Origin: Tubulanus polymorphus
Taxonomy: Eukaryota > Animalia > Nemertea
Reading direction: 5' to 3'
Assembly (NCBI RefSeq): GCF_964204645.1
Contig: NC_134032.1
Span: 1,116,001-1,180,000 of the forward strand
Length of the DNA: 64,000 bases
The notes under the pieces are model-generated. The model was not told where the DNA came from and made no database searches. It saw only the letters and a list, made by a program, of their open reading frames with translations. Of this stretch, positions 55,514-64,000 are shown one piece after another. How positions within the stretch are numbered: position 1 is the stretch's first letter; each line of letters begins with the position of its first letter. The translations under genes were made by a program, and so were the position numbers.

Positions 55514-57268
55514 GCCCGTAAAACATATTTGTGCGGCTTTCATTAAGTTATTATCGGGCTATTTTGTCTAACGCAACGTTTATTTTATTTGACGTAATAT
55601 CTTTGACGTTACGCCGCGTTCTCATTGTCAGTTACGTCACACGGAGACAATAGCGGAGCGTTATGAGCGACGAGACCAGCTCGACGTGAGAGAGAAATGA
55701 TATAATTTAATAACGGCAAGGCGCTCAGGACGTCACCTATACCAACAATACAGATCAGCGTTTTTACGGTTATTAGTTTTCGATAACGACAACCTATTCT
55801 CGTAAACACTACAAACACGGATCGCCGTGTCTAAAATTAGAAGCGAAATTGCTTAAAATCGTCGCCTTTAATAGTAACATATCACCGGAAATTATATTCA
55901 AATTTGTCGTTGTTATTTTTACGACCATTTAAACATGGTTATTTGATTTCGTATGATTCGAAAAACAGTCGTTATTCATCGTTGAGAGTTGAGTGATGTC
56001 TGGGCGAGACTCATCGATATCTGGTCGTGGTTCCCACGCTAGTTTGTGGTACTGAGGATCTGGCAACTGGCGCCCATAGTGTGCCCTAGGACTTGTGTCC
56101 TCATGGAAGTGTCCAGGCACTGAAATAAAGATGGGTCAGATTCTGGTGTGCTTCAAGGTATATAGGTCGAGAGACTGGTATACACAGGAATTGGTCCAAG
56201 GACTGGTATCTGTAGAAGTAGGTTTAGGGACTTGTCAACAATAGAAATAGGTTTGGGGTTTGGTGTCCATAGAATGAGATTCAGGAATAAGTGCGCATTA
56301 GGTTCTTAGGCCGATTTGTTCATGGACATAGAAATAGGTCCCGGGACTGGTGTGCATTGTAGGTCCCTGCACTGGGTGTCCATTGAAGTAGGTCCAGGCA
56401 TAAGTGTCTACAAAAGTTGGTGCCGTACGAACTGGGTCGTCACTCGCTTTCGTGTCTGAAAATATAGAAATGTTGATGGAAAAGCTGATAGATTTAACTG
56501 ATCGCATCAGCTGAGTTAAAACATGAAGAAATCACTGTTTGTGAGCGTTTGAAACAGTTTATCAGAGCGCGCAGACACTTTGTTACTATCACGGTCGAAA
56601 TTTTACTCCTAGCAATCAAACCAACTCTTCTTTCGAACAAAGCGGCGCTTACTACCGTCGGTAAAGCGGTAAGATTAGAATAAAAATTCTCGTACTAGGT
56701 TTCCGTGTTTTCTGCTATACCGGTGTCGGCTCGGCGGATACTGACCTCAGTTATCTCGCGAGCTTACCACACTCCGCGTTAGATACAGACGAACTCGTGT
56801 TCGGTGTCGGATGAATTGATACTTCTACAAATATATCGTTGTTTAGTTTCGATAATGTTTTCGTGATGCAAAATTTGATTGAAACTTTTTTTTTGAAATT
56901 TTCGTATCCGTTCCAATCCTTTTTTCGTTCGTCGTCCGTCCGTCCGTGGACGTTATCCAGTCATTTTGGGAAGTTCAGAAGACGCTTCAATGCATTGTCT
57001 AGATCATTGGTTTATACATGTATATCTATCCGAGACACATCTCCAGACCAAAAACTGGCCAGGTCAGAATCAAGATGGCCGACCGGCGGCTAATATTTTT
57101 CCGCCGAAATCAGCATTTTGTACGCATTTTTGAAGTTTTCAAGGGAAATTTTGAAAACGCTTCAATCAATCTTGATCTAGCTGATCTTGCACGTTTGTGT
57201 CCCTCCATGACCCATCAGTATGAGAAGAATTAGGTCGATCGGACACAAGATGGCCGTTTCGTGACCAG

Positions 57269-57427
57269 GGCCTGGTTTCATAGACTGAGTATCAAAGTTA
57301 TCCCTTGGGTAAAATCCTCAATCTGGGTGACAACCACCATGGTTACAATGAGAAACTATGGTAATAACTGACAAATTTCAAAATGTTCCCAGAGACTATT
57401 TTTCTTCCACATCTATGAAACCCTGCC
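57269..57427. mobile_element. CWG MITE family G
   Basis: CAG-GGCCTGGTTTCATAGA...TCTATGAAACCCTGCC-CAG. Confidence 0.7.
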
Positions 57428-58338
57428 CAGGTCATTTATATTGGTATCTATGGATATCTTGTTACCACAATCAATTGCGAGTTCATTGGTTTATTGTAAA
57501 TGGTCACCAGGGGGCGTTGAATGGGTGGTGGATCGGACTGCAGTGTCTCTGGATCAGGTTAAAACTGCACGTGCTGTCAAAACGCACCAGCATCGAAAAT
57601 ACGGAATCTCGGAATTTTCTAACGACGCGAAAACGCTGGCTTTAGACGACAAATAGTAACCGGGTTCCCAATTGGGAATACCTGGTTCAGTGATAGCTTA
57701 CGACGTTCGCTAATGCCCCGGCTAACGGACATTTTCTGCGCTATTAGAAATACCTTGGTAGGCTTACGAATTCCCCCAGAGGTATTAAACGATAAAGTAT
57801 CTTAAAAAAACTGCCTTTTCGTAAATCGGGTTCAAACCTGGAAACACGGAAATTGAAGTTCTGCATCCGGCATATTTTCAAATAAGTTATAAGTGAAATT
57901 TGCGTTACTACATCTACAACGAACCCGTTGTCAATATTTAAAAAAGAAAATAAATGAAATTCCTATTACTCATCGTTTCATCGCAGCTGATCTTGGATAG
58001 AAAAAAGGCGCGCTCCATTTCATTATCGGTAAACAGAACGCGCAAATGATGAACTAACGGTGGCCGTCATCGCGAGAATCGGAGCCGTCCGTCCGCGACC
58101 CTGGATCACGCCACGCGCGCGCATCGCCATCAATGCCAGACAAAAACTAATAAACCCTGGGTAAATCGAAGGCGCGTTCTATTTTGAGACTGTGAAATCT
58201 GCTTAACTCAGCGAGCGAGCGAATGGCCGAATTACGGTGAATCTGCAGGTGACATTTAACTGATTAAAAATCTTCATGTTGCTTTCTCGCACTGGGAGGA
58301 AAATCCCTGGTTTTTTCGATTGGCAAACGATCAAATAT

Positions 58339-58518
58339 CACTCTTAAGAACGAATGGTTCTTCTGAAGAAATTTAAGGGGTTCTTCGGCCTGCGGGATGA
58401 ACCTCTAATGGTTCTTCAAAGAACCTGTTTGACGGAGAACCCCATTCAAACGGCTACCCGAAAAAAAACCCATCGCTCACAAATAAAGAACCTTTCTGAA
58501 AGGTAATTTTAGAGAGTA
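58339..58518. mobile_element. CACT-terminal (EnSpm/CMC-like) non-autonomous element
   Basis: CACTCTTAAGAA start, TTTTAGAGAGT end, repeated GGTTCTT/AAGAACC subterminal motifs; related ends at 39030-39358. Confidence 0.55.
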
Positions 58519-58597
58519 CATTTTGTAAGATAGATGATTTCCGAATTTATAAAATTTCCTGAAATACTCTTCATTTTGTGTAATTTCACTGCAACGT

Positions 58598-59021
58598 ATC
58601 CACAGTTGTGTGAATTTAAATTTAATTTGACTCTGAATCCAGTTACACAGTTGTGTGGGTTCAATTTGACTCTGAATCCAGTTCCACAGTTGTGTGGGTT
58701 TAATTTGACTCTGAATCCAGTTCCACAGTTGTGTGGGTTTAATTTGACTCTGGACCCAGTTCCACAGTTGTGTGGGTTCAATTTGACTCTGGACCCAGTT
58801 CCACAGTTATGAATTTAATTTGACTCTGGACCCAGTTCCACAGTTGCGGATTCGATTTGACACTGAATGCAGTTCCACGGTTGCAGGTATTCTCTGGATC
58901 CAGTTCCACAGTTGCGGATTTCATTGGACTCTGGGCGCAATTCCACAGTTGCGGATTCTATTCGACTCTGGGCGCAATTCCACAGTTGCGGATTCTATTC
59001 GACTCTGGATTCGGTTCCGCA
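58598..59021 (+). repeat. MITE-D-derived 37-39-bp minisatellite
   Basis: About 11 units of CTGGACCCAGTTCCACAGTTGTGTGGGTTYAATTTGACT, degenerating at the 3' end. Confidence 0.85.
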
Positions 59022-60114
59022 GTTTTGCTGCACGAAAAACGATATTCAGGCTCGCGCACGCGCGGTGTTTCTTTCATAATATCAGGTGGTGTCGCGTTAC
59101 TTCCGAGCGTTCTATATTTATCCGCTGTTGTCGTATTATCCTTTATTCAAACGAGCGAATGTTTTTAACGTGTTATCCTGGTAGAAACTCGATGCGACAC
59201 GGCTATAAATAAACTTTGCGTGTCAATTCATTCCCAGGTCTGTTATTGTCTAGTCTATCATTCATACTTAGTTAAAAACTCGCTGAAATCCCCCTCCTCC
59301 CCTCCCCTCCCCTCCGGGCCAGTGTGTCCTCTTTAGTTCCATTTTTCACCTCGCATCCCTCCCTCTCCTTGCATATTAGTTCACTGCCTCTCCTGGCTTT
59401 CCCTCCCTCTCTCGTCCTCTCTCCCTCTCTCCCTCTCCGTCTCCTGACTCTCCCTCTCCCTCTTCCTCTCTCCCTCTCCGTCTCCTGGCTCTCCGTCTCC
59501 TGGTTCTCCCTCTCCCTCTCCTGGCTCTCCCTCTCCCTCTCCTGGCTCTCCGTCTCCCTCTCCTGGCTCCCTCTCCCTTTCCTGGCTCTCCCAACCCTCC
59601 CTCTCTCCTCGCCCTCTCTCCTCCCTCTCCTGGCTCTCCTCCTGGCTCCCCTCTCTCTCCCTCTCTCTCTCTCTGCCTCTCTCTCTGCCTCTCTCTCTCC
59701 CTCTCTCTCTCCCTCTCTCCCTCTCCCCCTCTCCCCCTCTCCCCCTCTCCCCCTCTCCCCCTCTCTCCCTCTCTCCCTCTCTCCCCCTCTCTCCCCCTCT
59801 CTCTCCCCTCTCTCTCTCATTCTCTTATTGCCTGTCCACTTGTTGTCTAATTTTATCAGCTTGATACGAAGGGATTTTCGTCTATTTATAGAAACGGTTG
59901 CCTAGCGATATTTTTTTCCTACAAACGGCTGCGTTTACACTAGTGAATAATATCTTGTCTTAGATTAAGATTCGTATATCAAAGTCAACACCGTAAACTT
60001 GAGCTAAAATCATAACTCAAATATCTATGCGCATAATCGGTTGCCCAACAAATTCAGTACCTAGTATAACATAGCGGGACTGGTTAGATAGATATTGATC
60101 TCGGATTTTGAGAT

Positions 60115-60300
60115 CCACTGTTGATATTGAAAAGTTTATTTTCTGATAGTTTCTGGGTTTATCGAAACCCCGCCCACTGAGAAACCAAAATGATATGATA
60201 ATGAATTACCGTAATTTGGAAAAAAACATTAAATTACAGCTAATTCATTTTTATATCATTTTGGTTTCTCTGAAGATAAACTGTTCAATATCAACAATGG
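60115..60300. repeat. Foldback/palindromic element
   Basis: Nested inverted arms CCACTGTTGATATTGAA/TTCAATATCAACAATGG and GAGAAACCAAAATGATAT/ATATCATTTTGGTTTCTC. Confidence 0.7.
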
Positions 60301-61003
60301 CTTTTAATTATTAGCTATATTTGAAAATATGGTTTTCAACGGGACCCATTTACACTGGAAAAAGTTTTGAGTATATCATATTCAAAATATTTATTACAAA
60401 GATTTTATCTCGGAAAAGTTGTCAAGCGAGGTATAACCGAAGGTAGCATTAACACCCTGGACTTCGCGATAGCAGCTCAGAGGGGGAACTCCCGTGAAAT
60501 CCATGCCGAGGTTTTCGTATTCACTCGTTCGGTGTCTGTATAATAACAATAACGGAGTAAGCTCTCGTATCAGCTACTGAGAGTCGACGCTTCAGGCCAA
60601 CCCGCCTATCAATAAGATGCAATTTATACCGACGAGACAGTAGCGAGAACATCGATTAGTACCTGAACCTGCCCGCAGGCGGCGCGCAGTTACACTTGTA
60701 CGCTTATTAGCTTTTATGTGTTTAGCGAGAAAAAATCAGCTCAAAACCGCAAACTATTAATATAGATAACGTGTCTCGAGGGGGCGCTCGTGTCGTGTTA
60801 ATCAATATCTCCATCTACCGAGAACCGATAGATTATGACCCACCTGTAACGTTTTAGGCGACGAGCTACATTTCGTTTTTGACAGTTAGTTACTATCGAT
60901 ACCGTATTCCGTGATAGCTACCTAAATTCAAATACCTTTCGGAATCTCGGGATGTTTAATAAATCCAACTTTGAAACTGGCTAAATTTATCAAATTAGGT
61001 CTA

Positions 61004-61245
61004 CTGTCTGTCACACATGCTCTTCGTGCGACGTTTTGGTCCGTAATTTCGTTCATAATCGGTTGATCTGTAAATATTATGCATCAATTTGTTCAGTAAG
61101 GAATTTGCATTCAGAAATAAATCATGAACTGGCAGAAATTTGTTTGTGTTTTCTTCTATCAGCGATAGTTATTTAAGGTAGAAAAACCGATTATTAACGA
61201 AATTACGGACCAAAACGTCGCACAGAGAGTATGTGTGACAGACAG
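61004..61245. mobile_element. MITE with ~60-bp TIRs and TA flanks
   Basis: CTGTCTGTCACACATGCTCTTCGTGCGACGTTTTGGTCCGTAATTTCGTT matches the inverse of about 61196-61245; TA on both sides. Confidence 0.8.
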
Positions 61246-62074
61246 TAGATGTATATTGATCCCTCCGTTAGTGTGTGTAAATAGTATGTTGTAAATAACG
61301 TTTGTTATGTTTCAAAGTGCTTTTATCTACTGTTTTTTGTAATAATTGTAAATACTTTTTTTGGATTGGAGTGTAATAAATATTCGTATTCGTATTCAAT
61401 AAAGTGCTAATGTCCGTATATCAGACGATTCTCTAAGGTTGAAGCTGTCGTCTGCCATCATATTCCACGTTTTTAGAGGAAGCAACCGGAAATCTGTCGT
61501 CTGCCATCATATTCCACGTTTTTAGAGGAAGCAACTGGATTCCAGTTCCACGTTTAATCAGATTTTATCATCTAACCCGACCGACCGAGCTTCTTCGTTC
61601 GCAGTCTTTACTTTACTTAACTTTTAACTTCAACTTTTATATCAACTCGGACCGCATTACAATTATGCATTGAGGATACAGATCGATAATTCGTATGAAA
61701 GATAGTCTCGATCGTTTGGGTGGCGCCCCCTACTCCCACAGGTAGAACACGGTGCCCATTCTCTCAAACGTATTTTATTGTCGTATCTTATTGTGGTAAA
61801 TCTGTCAGTTTGAAAAAAAATCTGGCTGTAAAAGTTATATATGTACAGAACATAGGACGTTATAAATCGATGATTCGTTTTATTGAGAGAGAGATCTGTG
61901 CTCGGTTCTTTACACATTTATTCTGGTGATAAGTACTGGGATAATTGCCTCTAATACATAGACCGGTCACTCTTCATAACACGATTCGATAGCGAGTGAC
62001 GAGCTTGAAGTGAGAGGGGCGAAGGGAGATGGGTGGAGAGGGGGCTGAGAGCGAAGAGGATGATAGGGAGAGGC

Positions 62075-63300
<1,226 letters not shown>

Positions 63301-63703
63301 ATAGTGAGAACTAAACTGGCAAAACTACGTTCACTTTCAATAAGGTTTGGTCAGGTTTTACATGGAGAATATCTAAAAGGGGGCGCTGCTGGTTCGAGGC
63401 TGCAGCACCCCCTCCAAACCCTCTTCCCATCAGTATTATCCCTAGTATAGCTATTGGTTTTATTCGCCGTGATATTATTTACTCAATAAACGCGCGACCG
63501 GATATTCGACATGATCTCTCATCCGCCGTCCATTTCCGACATTTGTCATCGTCTGGGTGCTTTCAGTCGGAACCACCCGACGTTATACACACGGGCACTA
63601 TATTCGCAATAGGACGTAACCGTGTCACGCCACGCAGCGCCATCTACAGGCAATATTAGCGTCACCTTTCTTCCGGGAAGTATTTTGCCTGTTCCATTCG
63701 AGC

Positions 63704-63860
63704 AGGCGCAGTGGCCGAGTGGTTTAAGCCGCCGGTTACTGGTTTCGTTAAATTAGGGTTTTTGGTTTCGAATCCTGGTGGCGACACATTTTCTTGGTCG
63801 AAGGTTCCCCACTGGGAAAAAGAAACATCGAACCCACTAATAACGTGGCGCTCGAATCGT
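63704..63860 (+). mobile_element. tRNA-derived SINE, same family as 7501
   Basis: TGGCCGAGTGG A box, GTTTCGAATCC B box, shared CACATTTTCTTGGTCGAA and GGGAAAAAGAAACATCGAACCC. Confidence 0.8.
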
Positions 63861-63936
63861 CGATTTTTTTTTTTAATCCCGTGTAATCAACAGGTGTTCA
63901 CCCGGGCGAAGCTAATAATATGAAATTCTCATTAAG

Positions 63937-63982
63937 TTGTTTTATTTAATCCTTTCTTTATTTTGTCTCGTTGCAGGTAAGC
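63937..63982 (+). other. Candidate recursive splice site (junction 63976/63977)
   Basis: TTGTTTTATTTAATCCTTTCTTTATTTTGTCTCGTTGCAG|GTAAGC; 38-nt AG-free tract with a TTAAT branch-like motif. Reads G-K-R-F-T-stop in the channel frame, so it is not exon 2. Confidence 0.62.
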
Positions 63983-64000
63983 GATTTACTTGAACAGAAC

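Overview
Repeat-rich, AT-rich animal (probably invertebrate) genomic DNA, almost entirely intronic or intergenic. The only recognisable host coding sequences are two intact 283-nt first coding exons of a TASK-type two-pore K+ channel (KCNK3/KCNK9/sup-9 family). They lie on the + strand at 5341-5623 and 28156-28438, and each ends at the conserved phase-1 intron inside the TIG|YG filter. I found no second coding exon (G-Y-G-H...) between them or downstream in the window. This points to duplicated alternative first exons, or nested/interleaved paralogues, feeding an intron of more than 35 kb. The two exons are nearly identical at the DNA level over TM1 but strongly diverged over the extracellular cap. 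The downstream intron carries three acceptor-donor juxtapositions typical of recursive splicing, one with a 70-nt cryptic poison exon. Other content: Penelope-type elements with minimal hammerhead ribozyme motifs (including a 4-copy tandem array), several Harbinger-like MITE families stacked at CWG sites, MITE-derived minisatellites, tRNA-derived SINEs, LINE fragments, CTCF-, CRE- and CArG-like motifs and many microsatellites. All searches were by eye, so absences and repeat boundaries are provisional.
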